Shown here piece by piece: positions 37,743 to 46,920 of a DNA stretch of 64,000 bases. Source of the DNA: an uncultured Gemmatimonadales bacterium (GTDB taxonomy: Bacteria > Gemmatimonadota > Gemmatimonadetes > Gemmatimonadales > GWC2-71-9); the NCBI GenBank assembly GCA_963828735.1, contig CAWHFW010000005.1, forward strand, positions 1,376,001 through 1,440,000, in the 5' to 3' direction. A program made the position numbers and the translations under genes. Each line of letters starts with the position of its first letter. Position 1 is the stretch's first letter. The notes beneath the pieces were generated by a model. The model was not told the DNA's origin. It saw nothing but the letters and a program-made list of their open reading frames with translations, and searched no databases.

Positions 37743-39094
37743 GCCAGCGCCGGCGCCCGTCCCACCGCGGCTTCGAGCGCGGCTCCCATCACGTCGAGAC
37801 CTTCGTCGATCACCGCATCCTCGGCGGTGAGCGGCGCCAGCACGCGGATGGTGTTGCTGAACGTGCCGGACGAGAGCAGCACCAGCCCACGCTCCAGCGC
37901 GGCCGCGACGATTCGACCGGTCAGCGCCTTGTCGGGCGTCCGGCTTTCGCGGTCGGTCACGATCTCCATGCCGATCATCGCCCCGAGGCCGCGCACGTCG
38001 CCGATGCACTGGAACTGTTCCCCCCACTGCCGAAAGCGCGCCTTCACCCGGTCGCCCGTGCGCTGGGCGCGCGCGGGGATGCGCTCGGCCTCCATCGCCT
38101 CGAGGACTGCCAACGCGGCGGCGCACGCGAGCGGATTGCCGCCGTACGTGCCGCCCAAGCCTCCCACCTGCGGCGCCTCCATCACGTCGGCGCGACCGGT
38201 GACGGCCGCGAGCGGCAGCCCGCCGGCCAGCGACTTGGCCGTCGTGATCAGGTCTGGCACGAGGCCGTAGTGCTCGCTCGCGAACATCTTGCCGGTGCGC
38301 CCGAACCCGGTCTGAATCTCGTCAGCAATGAAGAGGATCCCATGCTGCTTCGCGAAGGCGGCGAGCGTCTGCACGTACTCGACCGGCGCCGGGACGAACC
38401 CGCCCTCACCCAGCTCGAGCTCCATGATGACCGCGGCCACCGATCCCGGGTCCACCGTCCCCGCGAGGATCGCCTCCAGGCGCGCAGGACTCGCCATGCA
38501 GCAGCGGTCGCCGCTCGGACCCTCGGTGCAGCGGTAGCAGTAGGGATAGGGAATCCGGTACACCTCGGGCGCGAACGGGCCGAACCCCTTCTTGTACGGC
38601 ACCACCTTGGCGGTGAGCGCCATCGCGAGGTTGGTGCGTCCGTGGAATCCGTGCTCGAAGCAGAGAACCGCCTGTCTCCCGGTGAAGTGGCGCGCCACCT
38701 TCACCGCGTTCTCGACCGCCTCGGCGCCGCTGTTGACGAAGAAGGTGCGCTTCTCGTGGGAGCCGGGCGTCACGCGGTTGAGCCGTTCAGCGAGCGCGAC
38801 GTAGGGCTCGTACGTGGACACCGGGAAACACACGTGTGCGAACCGGTCGAGCTGCTCGCGGACCGCCTCGACCACGCCGGGGTGCCTGTGACCGGTGTTG
38901 ACCACGCCGATGCCGCCGCCGAAGTCGATGAGGCGGTTGCCGTCGGCGTCGGTCAGGATGGCTCCCTCGGCGTGGACGACGGCGATCGGCGTCACGGCTG
39001 GGACGCCTCTGGGGACCGCCTTCGCGCGGCGAGCCAGGAGGGCGCGGCTGTTGGGGCCGGGGATCTCGGTGTTCAGATGGATGACGCCGGACAT
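37739..39094 (-). CDS. gabT: 4-aminobutyrate aminotransferase
   Basis: IDFGGGIGV, NSGAEAVENAVK, FHGRT, DEIQTGFGRTG, AKSLAGG, GGTYGGNP. Confidence 0.9.
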   Translation of the reverse strand: MSGVIHLNTEIPGPNSRALLARRAKAVPRGVPAVTPIAVVHAEGAILTDADGNRLIDFGGGIGVVNTGHRHPGVVEAVREQLDRFAHVCFPVSTYEPYVALAERLNRVTPGSHEKRTFFVNSGAEAVENAVKVARHFTGRQAVLCFEHGFHGRTNLAMALTAKVVPYKKGFGPFAPEVYRIPYPYCYRCTEGPSGDRCCMASPARLEAILAGTVDPGSVAAVIMELELGEGGFVPAPVEYVQTLAAFAKQHGILFIADEIQTGFGRTGKMFASEHYGLVPDLITTAKSLAGGLPLAAVTGRADVMEAPQVGGLGGTYGGNPLACAAALAVLEAMEAERIPARAQRTGDRVKARFRQWGEQFQCIGDVRGLGAMIGMEIVTDRESRTPDKALTGRIVAAALERGLVLLSSGTFSNTIRVLAPLTAEDAVIDEGLDVMGAALEAAVGRAPALA

Positions 39095-39321
39095 GATGGG
39101 CCTCGACGGGGAAGTGCGTGGGACGCGTCATCCCGCGCGTGCGAGCGGGGCACGCATCGTCGCACGCCTCGCTCGCCTACCCGGGTGACTCGCGTGCCTT
39201 GACAGTAAGGCGCCCTCGCGGCGCCCGCCACCCCCGTGCTTCTCAGGCGTGGATTTCCGATGTAGCATTGTACCGAAGGCCCCTCTCGAGCTCAGCCACA
39301 TCTCTCAAGGAGCAGCGTCCC

Positions 39322-40506
39322 ATGACTTGGCGGCGTTCGAGGTTATCCGTGGCCCTGGCCCTCGCCCTGGCCACCATGGTCGGTTCAGGCTGCGGCGGCG
39401 GGGAGAAACCGGCGGCCGCGCCAGCCACGAAAGCGACGAAGATAGCGATCACGCCCACCGGCGACGCGCGCGCGGACGCGAAGACGTACCTGGCCCAGCT
39501 TTGCCCGAAGCCCATCGGCGGCGAGCTGAATTTCATGGTGTGGGAAGGCTACACCGACACGCTGTTCACGCGTCCCTTCGAGGACGCCTGCGGCGTCAAG
39601 GTCAACGCCACCTACATGGGCTCGAGCGACGACCTGGTCGCCAAGCTGCGCGCCGGGGGCGCCGAGACGATTGACCTCATCTCGCCATCGAGCGACGCGG
39701 CCACGGCGATCATCGATGCCGGCCTCGCGGCGCCGCTCGACCTCGCACGCATCCCGAGCTACCCGGATTTGAGCGAGGGGTTCCGCAACCTCAAGGTGGC
39801 CCGAAAGGACAGCACGGTGTTCGGCGTACCGTGGGCCTTCGGACCGAACCCCCTCATCTACGACACCACCAAGATCACGAAGGCGCCCGATTCGTGGGGC
39901 GCGCTGTGGGACAAGAAGTACCGCGGCAAGCTGTCGCTCCAGGACGACATCGCCACGCTGTACATGGTGGCGCAGTATCTCGGGATGGACGACCCGAACG
40001 ACCCGAGCAAGCTGTACAACCTGAGCGACGAGGACCTCGCGAAGGTCAAGGCCAAGATGCTCGAGCTCCGGCCGAACGTCCGGAAGTACTGGGTCACTGC
40101 CGGCGACATGACGCAGCTCTTCCAGAGCGGCGAGGTCGTGGCCGGCGAGGGCTGGCCGCTCATGACGAACCAGCTCCGCCAGGCCAAGTTCCCCGCTGGC
40201 GAGACGATCCCGAAGGAGGGCACCACCGCGTGGGCCGACCACTGGGTCCTCACCAAGGGCGCCAAGAACCTCGATGCCGCCTATGCCTGGCTCGAGTACA
40301 CGGCGCAGCCGTTCACCCAGAAGCTGCTGTACGACGTCACCGCCTACATCGTGGCCAACTCGTCGGCGAAGAGCTACATGAGTCCCGAGCAGGCGGCGAG
40401 CCAGCGCGACATCGCCGACTACGGCACCAAGGTGAACTTCTGGCAGTGGAGCCCGCGGCGTGAGAAGTATCAGGAGATCTGGAACGAGGTGAAGGCCGCC
40501 AAGTAG
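39322..40506 (+). CDS. potD: Polyamine ABC transporter substrate-binding lipoprotein (PotD/PotF-like)
   Basis: Lipobox GSGC, WEGY, PKEGTTAWAD. AAGGAG RBS. Confidence 0.8.
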   Translation: MTWRRSRLSVALALALATMVGSGCGGGEKPAAAPATKATKIAITPTGDARADAKTYLAQLCPKPIGGELNFMVWEGYTDTLFTRPFEDACGVKVNATYMGSSDDLVAKLRAGGAETIDLISPSSDAATAIIDAGLAAPLDLARIPSYPDLSEGFRNLKVARKDSTVFGVPWAFGPNPLIYDTTKITKAPDSWGALWDKKYRGKLSLQDDIATLYMVAQYLGMDDPNDPSKLYNLSDEDLAKVKAKMLELRPNVRKYWVTAGDMTQLFQSGEVVAGEGWPLMTNQLRQAKFPAGETIPKEGTTAWADHWVLTKGAKNLDAAYAWLEYTAQPFTQKLLYDVTAYIVANSSAKSYMSPEQAASQRDIADYGTKVNFWQWSPRREKYQEIWNEVKAAK

Positions 40507-40508
40507 AG

Positions 40509-40596
40509 GAGCGGTGAGCGGTGAGCGGGAGCACCGGAGGTTTCCAGTGCATTGTTCCCGCTCACCGCTCACCGCTCACCGCTGGTCACTCACCGC
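40509..40596. repeat. Inverted array of GAGCGGT/ACCGCTC heptamers
   Basis: (GAGCGGT)x2-GAGCGGGA at 40509-40530 is mirrored by TCCCGCTC-(ACCGCTC)x2-ACCGCT at 40556-40583. Confidence 0.8.
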
Positions 40597-40675
40597 CCCC
40601 CCACCCATGACCACTCCTCCTCTCGACAGCTCCCTCGATCTCGACAAGGTGACGCGGCGGCACGAAACCTATCGG

Positions 40676-41740
40676 ATGCCGATCCTCGAGTTGCGCCGTC
40701 TGACCAAGCGGTTCGGGGACTTCGCCGCGGTGGACGACCTGTCGCTCGACATCGCCGCGGGCGAGTTCCTCACGCTGCTCGGCGCCTCCGGCTCGGGGAA
40801 GACCACGACGCTTCGGATGATCGCCGGGTTCGAGCCGCCCACCTCGGGCGAGATCCTGATGACGGGAACGCCGATCGCCGCCCTGCCGCCGTTCAAGCGC
40901 GACATCAACACCGTCTTTCAGCACTACGCGTTATTTCCGCACATGAGCGTGCGTGACAACATCGCCTATGGCCTGCGGATGCGGCGCGTGCCAGCCGCCG
41001 AGCGCGAGGAGCGGGTGACGAAGGCCCTGGAGATGGTCAAGCTCGACCAGCTCGGCGCCCGGTCGCCCCGTCAGCTGAGCGGAGGGCAGCAGCAGCGGGT
41101 CGCCCTCGCCAGGGCGCTGGTCAACCGCCCGCGCGTCCTGCTGCTGGACGAGCCGCTGGGCGCGCTCGACCTCAAGCTGCGGAAGGAGATGCAGCTCGAG
41201 CTCAAGCACCTGCAGACCCACCTGGGCATCACCTTCGTCTACGTGACGCACGATCAGGAGGAGGCGCTCACCATGAGCGACCGGATCGTCCTGATGCGTC
41301 AGGGCCGCGTCGCCCAGGTCGGCAGCCCGCGCGACCTGTACGACCGCCCGGCGTCGCGCTACGTCGCGGACTTCATCGGCGAGACCAACCTGCTCCCCGG
41401 CACGGTCGTCGAGAGCACCGGCCGGACCGCCACGCTGCGCATGGGCGACGTGACCCTTCGCGGCGTGACCGACGCGCCGCTCGCGCCGGGCGCCGAGGCG
41501 TGGATGACGGTCCGGCCAGAGGCGATCGACCTCTCGGACGGCGCGGTGCCGGCCGGGCACAACGTCGTCACGGGCACCGTGGCCGACGCGGTGTATGCGG
41601 GCTCCGCCCTGCGCGTCCACGTCGCGCTCGCGGGCGGCCGCCGGCTGGTGGCGAACGTGCCGACCGGGACCGTGGCCGCCAACGGCGAGACCGTCACCGT
41701 CAGCTGGCCGGTCGAGCAGGGACGCTGTGTCGGCGATTGA
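40676..41740 (+). CDS. potA: Polyamine ABC transporter ATP-binding subunit
   Basis: GASGSGKT, LSGGQQQR, LLLDEP, TOBE domain. Alternative start at 40607. Confidence 0.9.
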   Translation: MPILELRRLTKRFGDFAAVDDLSLDIAAGEFLTLLGASGSGKTTTLRMIAGFEPPTSGEILMTGTPIAALPPFKRDINTVFQHYALFPHMSVRDNIAYGLRMRRVPAAEREERVTKALEMVKLDQLGARSPRQLSGGQQQRVALARALVNRPRVLLLDEPLGALDLKLRKEMQLELKHLQTHLGITFVYVTHDQEEALTMSDRIVLMRQGRVAQVGSPRDLYDRPASRYVADFIGETNLLPGTVVESTGRTATLRMGDVTLRGVTDAPLAPGAEAWMTVRPEAIDLSDGAVPAGHNVVTGTVADAVYAGSALRVHVALAGGRRLVANVPTGTVAANGETVTVSWPVEQGRCVGD

Positions 41741-42686
41741 GCCCGCCCTCGCGAGGCCCTCGCTGCTCGACCGGATCCGGGCGACCCCTCGCCTCCGGAC
41801 CGCGCTGGCTGCCGCGGTGCCGGTCGGGTTCGTCACCACGCTGCTGTTCATCCCCTACGTGCTCTTGCTGGTCCACTCGTTCTGGCGACTCAAGGGCGGG
41901 GTCATCACCCACGAGCTGACGCTGGAGAACTACCGGCGGCTCTTCGGCACCGACCTCTACCCCAGCACGATCCTGTTCTCCGCCGGCGTCGCCATCCGGG
42001 TCACCATCTTCTCGCTGCTGCTCGCGTATCCGCTGGCCTACCTGCTCGCGTTCAAGGTCAAGCGGCACAAGCAGCTCATGTACATGGCGGTGATCATCCC
42101 GCTGTGGGTGAGCTACCTGGTACGCGCCTACGCCTGGAAGATCATCCTCGGACAGTCGGGAATCCTGAACGGGCTTCTCGAGTCGGCCGGCGTGATCAAG
42201 GAGCCACTCACGTTCCTGCTGTACAGCAGGTGGGCGGTGATCCTGGCACTGACGCACATCTACACCCCGTTCACGCTGATGCCGATCTACGCGGTGCTCG
42301 AGGCCATCCCACCGGCGCTCAAGGAGGCGAGCCAGGATCTCTACGCCAGCCGCTGGCAGACCTTCCGCCGGATCGTGCTGCCGCTCTCCCTGCCGGGGGT
42401 GCTCGCGGGCTCGACGTTCGCCTTCGTGCTCAGCATGGGTGACTTTCTCGCGCCGCAGCTCCTCGGCGGCAACGACAGCGCGCTCATGGTATCGAATCTG
42501 GTCTGGAGCCTGTTCGGGGTCGCATACAACTGGCCGCTCGGCGCGGCGGTGTCGGTCATCGTGCTCCTGTTGACGCTGTTCCTGCTCTGGCTCGCGAACC
42601 GGGTGGAGACCGCGATGAACTACGGCGGCCAGGCTGTCGGGCGCGCGGGCGATCGGCCGGTGGGACTACCGGGCCGGGGCATATGA
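41727..42686 (+). CDS. potB: Polyamine ABC transporter permease
   Basis: IIPLWVSYLVRAYAW, EASQDL EAA loop. Confidence 0.88.
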   Translation: MSAIEPALARPSLLDRIRATPRLRTALAAAVPVGFVTTLLFIPYVLLLVHSFWRLKGGVITHELTLENYRRLFGTDLYPSTILFSAGVAIRVTIFSLLLAYPLAYLLAFKVKRHKQLMYMAVIIPLWVSYLVRAYAWKIILGQSGILNGLLESAGVIKEPLTFLLYSRWAVILALTHIYTPFTLMPIYAVLEAIPPALKEASQDLYASRWQTFRRIVLPLSLPGVLAGSTFAFVLSMGDFLAPQLLGGNDSALMVSNLVWSLFGVAYNWPLGAAVSVIVLLLTLFLLWLANRVETAMNYGGQAVGRAGDRPVGLPGRGI

Positions 42687-43522
42687 CGGCGCGCGCCTCG
42701 CACGACTTCCCGGTCCAACCGTCCGACCACCTGACGCCGGCCCTCTGGCTCGCGGGGACGCTCGTCTTCGCCTTCATCTATCTGCCCCTCGCGGTCGTGA
42801 TCGTCTACGCGTTCCATGATTCGCCGATCATCGCGTGGCCGCTCAAGCTCGGGACGCTCAAGTGGTTCGTCGCGCTGACCCACGATCGGGGCATGCTCGA
42901 GTCCGCGCTCGCGAGCCTGAAGCTGGCGCTGCTCGCCGTCGCGATCGCGCTCCTGATCGGGGTTCCCGGGGCGTTCCTCCTCGATCGCTACGAGTTTCCG
43001 GGGAAGACGGCGTTCCGGCGCCTGGTCCTGCTGCCGCTCATCCTGCCGGGCATCATTACGGGCGTCTCGCTGCTCACCTTCTTCAGCTTCGTGGGCCTCG
43101 GGCTCTCGAGCGGATTCCCCCTGGTGCCAGGCTGGCCGGTGGTGCTGGGTCATGCGGCGGCCCTCACGTCCGTGGTGATTACCCAGGTGTACGCTCGGCT
43201 CCAACGGCTGGATCGCGCGCAGGAGGAGGCCAGCCAGGATCTCTACGCCAACGAATGGCAGACCTTCCGGTACGTGACCTTCCCCAGCATCCGCACCGCG
43301 GTGCTCGGGGCGGGCCTGCTCGTGTTCACGCTGAGCCTCGACGAGATCGCGGTGACGTTCTTCCTGATTGGCCGCCAGAACACGCTCCCGCTCCAGATCT
43401 GGGGCCTCCTCAGACGGGGCATCACGCCGGAAGTGAACGCGGCCGCTACGGTGATCTTCGCGGTGAGCGTGGTGGTGATCGTGGTGTGGGCGCGGCTGAT
43501 GCGGGAGGATCCTGGAAAGTAG
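42683..43522 (+). CDS. potC: Polyamine ABC transporter permease
   Basis: FIYLPL, EEASQDL, FTLSLDE, TLPLQI, TPEVNA. Confidence 0.88.
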   Translation: MTARASHDFPVQPSDHLTPALWLAGTLVFAFIYLPLAVVIVYAFHDSPIIAWPLKLGTLKWFVALTHDRGMLESALASLKLALLAVAIALLIGVPGAFLLDRYEFPGKTAFRRLVLLPLILPGIITGVSLLTFFSFVGLGLSSGFPLVPGWPVVLGHAAALTSVVITQVYARLQRLDRAQEEASQDLYANEWQTFRYVTFPSIRTAVLGAGLLVFTLSLDEIAVTFFLIGRQNTLPLQIWGLLRRGITPEVNAAATVIFAVSVVVIVVWARLMREDPGK

Positions 43523-43761
43523 GAAGGCCGCCCCGCATAAGGCCCATGGCCATCGTCGCCGCCGCGGCTGGATCACGGGCCGGCAGCTTCCAGCTGCCGG
43601 CCCGCCTTGCTTTGGCGGGCCCGGGGTGGCCGAGCCCGGGCGACTGAGAATCCGGACGCCCTCCCCACGTCATACTGGCGCACCCATCGATCCATGCGTC
43701 GCGCGCCAACGCCGGGCGAGTACGCCAGGCCGGTCGCCGGACACCCCAGGAGGGAACGCCC

Positions 43762-44991
43762 ATGTTTCGCATCACCCGCTCGACCCTCGCCACGGCCTTC
43801 GCGCTGGCCGCGCTGGCCCTAGCCGGCACCGGACGTCCCGCCGAGGCGCAGTTCGGCCGGCGGCTCAAGGATGCCATCAAGCACAACGCCGAGGATCGGG
43901 TGATCCAGAAGGCGGTGCAGAAGGAGAACCAGGCGATCGATGGCGCTACCGCGTCGGCCGCGACGAAGGCGACGGCGACGGCGGCTGACGCCGCGGGCGC
44001 GCCGGCCGAAGCCTCGCAAGCCCCTGTCGCCACCGCGATCACCAGGGCCGACACGGTCAAGCCGGGACAAGGCGCGTGGGCCAACTACGACTTCAAGCCG
44101 GGTGAGCGGATCCTGTTCGCCGACGAGTTCGCGGCCGACGAGGTGGGCGACTTCCCGCGGCGGATGGAGTTCAAGGCGGGCTCGCTCGAGATCGTCGAAT
44201 GGCACGGGACGCGGTTCCTCCGCGCCAACTCCGACTCCCGCTGGTTCATCCCCATGACCGAGAGCCTGCCGGAGCGGTACACGATGGAGTTCGACTATTC
44301 GATCCCGACGGGCGGTGAGCTCTGGCTCTCGTTCGGGGAGGAGAACAAGCGCATCCAGCTCGGCGGGGACGGCACCGCGGTGGTCTACAACCACCAGAAC
44401 GGTGTGCGGGCGGATGGCCGGCTGGCCGCGGCCAAGCGGGGCGACATGCATCGGGCCCGCGTGCTGGTGGACGGCGCGTACATGAAGGTGTACCTCGACG
44501 ACACCCGGCTGCTCAACGTGCCAAACGCCGACCTCGGCCGCGGCGCCAGGATCGCGTTCTACACCGACGGCGACGCGACGACGCCCTCCCTCTTCGGCAA
44601 CTTCCGGATCGCGGCTGGCGGCAAGAAGCTCTATGATGCGATCGCGTCTCAAGGCCGCGTGGCGACCCAGGGCATCTACTTCGATACCGGGAGCGACCAG
44701 ATCCGCCCCGAGTCCACCCCAACGCTCAAGGAGATCGGCGCGATGCTCAACGATCATGCGGACTTGAGGCTAACGATCGAAGGTCACACGGACGACGTCG
44801 GCCGCGCCGACGCGAACCAGGTCTTGAGTGAAAAGCGGGCGGCGGCGGTACGGCAGTATCTGATCGCCGCATACCAGATCGACGGCAGTCGTCTCATGGC
44901 CAAAGGGTTGGGCCAGAGCAAGCCGGCCGTGCCCAACAGCACGCCGGAAGGCCGCCAGCAGAACCGGCGGGTGGAGCTGGTCAAGACTTGA
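43762..44991 (+). CDS. OmpA-family exported protein
   Basis: Signal peptide; C-terminal IEGHTD, LSEKRA, NRRVE. Confidence 0.9.
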   Translation: MFRITRSTLATAFALAALALAGTGRPAEAQFGRRLKDAIKHNAEDRVIQKAVQKENQAIDGATASAATKATATAADAAGAPAEASQAPVATAITRADTVKPGQGAWANYDFKPGERILFADEFAADEVGDFPRRMEFKAGSLEIVEWHGTRFLRANSDSRWFIPMTESLPERYTMEFDYSIPTGGELWLSFGEENKRIQLGGDGTAVVYNHQNGVRADGRLAAAKRGDMHRARVLVDGAYMKVYLDDTRLLNVPNADLGRGARIAFYTDGDATTPSLFGNFRIAAGGKKLYDAIASQGRVATQGIYFDTGSDQIRPESTPTLKEIGAMLNDHADLRLTIEGHTDDVGRADANQVLSEKRAAAVRQYLIAAYQIDGSRLMAKGLGQSKPAVPNSTPEGRQQNRRVELVKT

Positions 44992-45312
44992 GTCGGGCCA
45001 GGCCCGGCGGGGACGAGCGAGGGGCGAGCGAGAGAGCCGCCCCTCTTTCGTTTCCATCCAGCCAGGGGTGCAAGAACGCCCCAGGATCCCCTGATGGCGG
45101 CCGGACAGCCTGTCCCGTGCAGCCGGTCGCAATAACAGCCCCCTAGGAGCTCGGCCCTCTCACCGCGTCTCCGATATTTATTCGCGAGCTCCGCATATGA
45201 CATGTCAAGGCGTTTGCAGGCATTCACTTACCGTCCGCATGGCCGAACGGGCCTTTGGTGATGAATGACCGGCGTCCGCAAGGGGGCTGGACAGATGGTG
45301 GGGGTCACGCGC

Positions 45313-45513
45313 TAGAATGGCTATACGCCACCCCACCCGGGGACCGGCGTGTTTGCATCCTCCGACCAAGCGGAGGGTCCACTCTCACAGCTGACCTTCT
45401 CCTTGAGCTGTGAGCCCCCATCAGCGGCGGGGGCGAGGGCGCAGGGGTCCGTCGCCGAACAACGGCGCCTGCAACCAGACCGAGTGCCGCACCAACAATG
45501 AAAAGAGGAGTTT
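45313..45513 (+). promoter_or_regulatory. TAGAAT -10 element and ~190-nt multi-hairpin 5' leader
   Basis: Five consecutive hairpins between the -10 box and the AGAGGAG RBS. Confidence 0.45.
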
Positions 45514-46752
45514 GTGAAAGTCCTGATGTTGGGCGCCGGCGCGGTGGGGACCGTGTCCGCCCTCAAATTCGTGCAGGACGCGATGCTCGAGAAGCTCGTC
45601 ATCGCCGACGCGGTGTCCGCCCGCGCATCCCTCCTTGCGGATCGTCTCTCTGACTCTCGTGCGTCCTCCCGCCGGCTCGACGCCGGCGACCGCGCGGCCC
45701 TCGTGAGCGCGATTCGCGAGACCGGCGCCACCGTCGTCCTGAATGCGGCGCTACCCGCTACCAACCTGGTCGTCATGCGCGCCTGCCTCGAGGCGGGCTG
45801 CGACTATATCGACCTGGCCAGCGGCGGCACCGATGACGACGGCATCCCCAAGCTGGATGACCAGTTCGCGCTCGACGCCGAGTTCCGGGCGGCCGGAAGG
45901 ATGGCGCTGCTCGGCATGGGCGCCGATCCCGGCACCACCAACGTCTACGCCGCCTACGCCGCCAAGCACCTGCTCGATGAAGTCACGGCGCTGCACGTGC
46001 GCGACGGCGACAACTCCGTCTGCCAGGGGCACGACGGCTTCGTGGCGACCTTCAGCCCCTGGGTCTTCATCGACGAGTGCCTGTGCAAGGCGGTGTCGTA
46101 CCGCGACGGGTGCTATCACCTGGAGGCTCCGCTCACGGGGTTCGAGCCGTTCGACTTTCCGGAGCTGGGCGTACTCAACTGCTACCACGTCGACCACGAG
46201 GAGTCGCGCACGCTGCCGCGCTTCTTCCCGAGCGTCAAGGTCGTGGACTTCAAGCTGTGCATGGACGACGTGACCATCGAGACGCTGCGGGTCATGCAGC
46301 GACTCGGGCTCTCCGGTAAGGGCCGCATTCGCGTCGGCGAGACATCCGTCGTGCCACGCGATGTGGTCGTCTCGCTCCTGCCCGACCCCAAGGATCTGGC
46401 CGGCCGCATGCGCGGGAAGACCTGCGTCGGGACGATCGCGCGAGGCCTCAAGAACGGCGAGGAGCGGACCTTCTACATCTACAACGTTGCCGATCACGAG
46501 GCCGTCTACAGCGAGCTCGGCGTGCAGGCGACAGCCTACCAGACGGGCATTCCTCCCGTCATTGCCGCTCGGCTCATGCACGAGGGCCGGTGGGGGGGAC
46601 CGGGCGTGCGTTCGCCGGAGGAGCTCGATCCGGATCCGTTCCTCGAGCGCCTCGCGCGCGAGGGGATGCCGTGGCACGTACGGGACGACTCGGCTCGCGT
46701 CGAGCTGCCCCGGGTGCGGCTTCGGCCCAGCCGGGATGTCGTCGCAGCCTAG
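45514..46752 (+). CDS. Saccharopine dehydrogenase / carboxyspermidine dehydrogenase-like oxidoreductase
   Basis: GAGAVG, DYIDLA, GMGADPG, HEE, YQTGIP. Confidence 0.85.
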   Translation: MKVLMLGAGAVGTVSALKFVQDAMLEKLVIADAVSARASLLADRLSDSRASSRRLDAGDRAALVSAIRETGATVVLNAALPATNLVVMRACLEAGCDYIDLASGGTDDDGIPKLDDQFALDAEFRAAGRMALLGMGADPGTTNVYAAYAAKHLLDEVTALHVRDGDNSVCQGHDGFVATFSPWVFIDECLCKAVSYRDGCYHLEAPLTGFEPFDFPELGVLNCYHVDHEESRTLPRFFPSVKVVDFKLCMDDVTIETLRVMQRLGLSGKGRIRVGETSVVPRDVVVSLLPDPKDLAGRMRGKTCVGTIARGLKNGEERTFYIYNVADHEAVYSELGVQATAYQTGIPPVIAARLMHEGRWGGPGVRSPEELDPDPFLERLAREGMPWHVRDDSARVELPRVRLRPSRDVVAA

Positions 46753-46772
46753 CGGTCATTCGCCGTGAGCAG

Positions 46773-46810
46773 CGCGAAGGGGGCATGCGACGACGCATGC
46801 CCCCTTCGCG
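46773..46810. repeat. REP-like palindrome, GGGGGCATGC family
   Basis: CGCGAAGGGGGCATGCG-ACGA-CGCATGCCCCCTTCGCG, a perfect 17-bp stem. Confidence 0.65.
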
Positions 46811-46920
46811 AACCCACGAGCGGCAGGCGGGCCGCAGGGTGACCTGCCTCGCGCCGTGGAGTACATTAGCCCAGATTCCCTCCCAGGCACCGAGACCAGA
46901 GCAGCGACCGGAGGAGCAGC

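Noticed and set aside
39196..39211. Shared operator GCCTTGACAGTAAGGC versus TGACATGTCAAGGC at 45198-45211
   Set aside because: Only two imperfect copies, and they are indistinguishable from -35 TTGACA elements.
40509..40596. CRISPR array
   Set aside because: 7-bp units without spacers, and no cas genes.
45000..45180. Second ncRNA or hammerhead on the minus strand downstream of the OmpA gene
   Set aside because: Only scattered stems, no CUGAUGA core, and no correctly spaced promoter.
45317..45394. Leader peptide MAIRHPTRGPACLHPPTKRRVHSHS
   Set aside because: Its ATG overlaps the predicted -10 box, so it would not be in the transcript, and it has no RBS. Not excluded if transcription starts further upstream.
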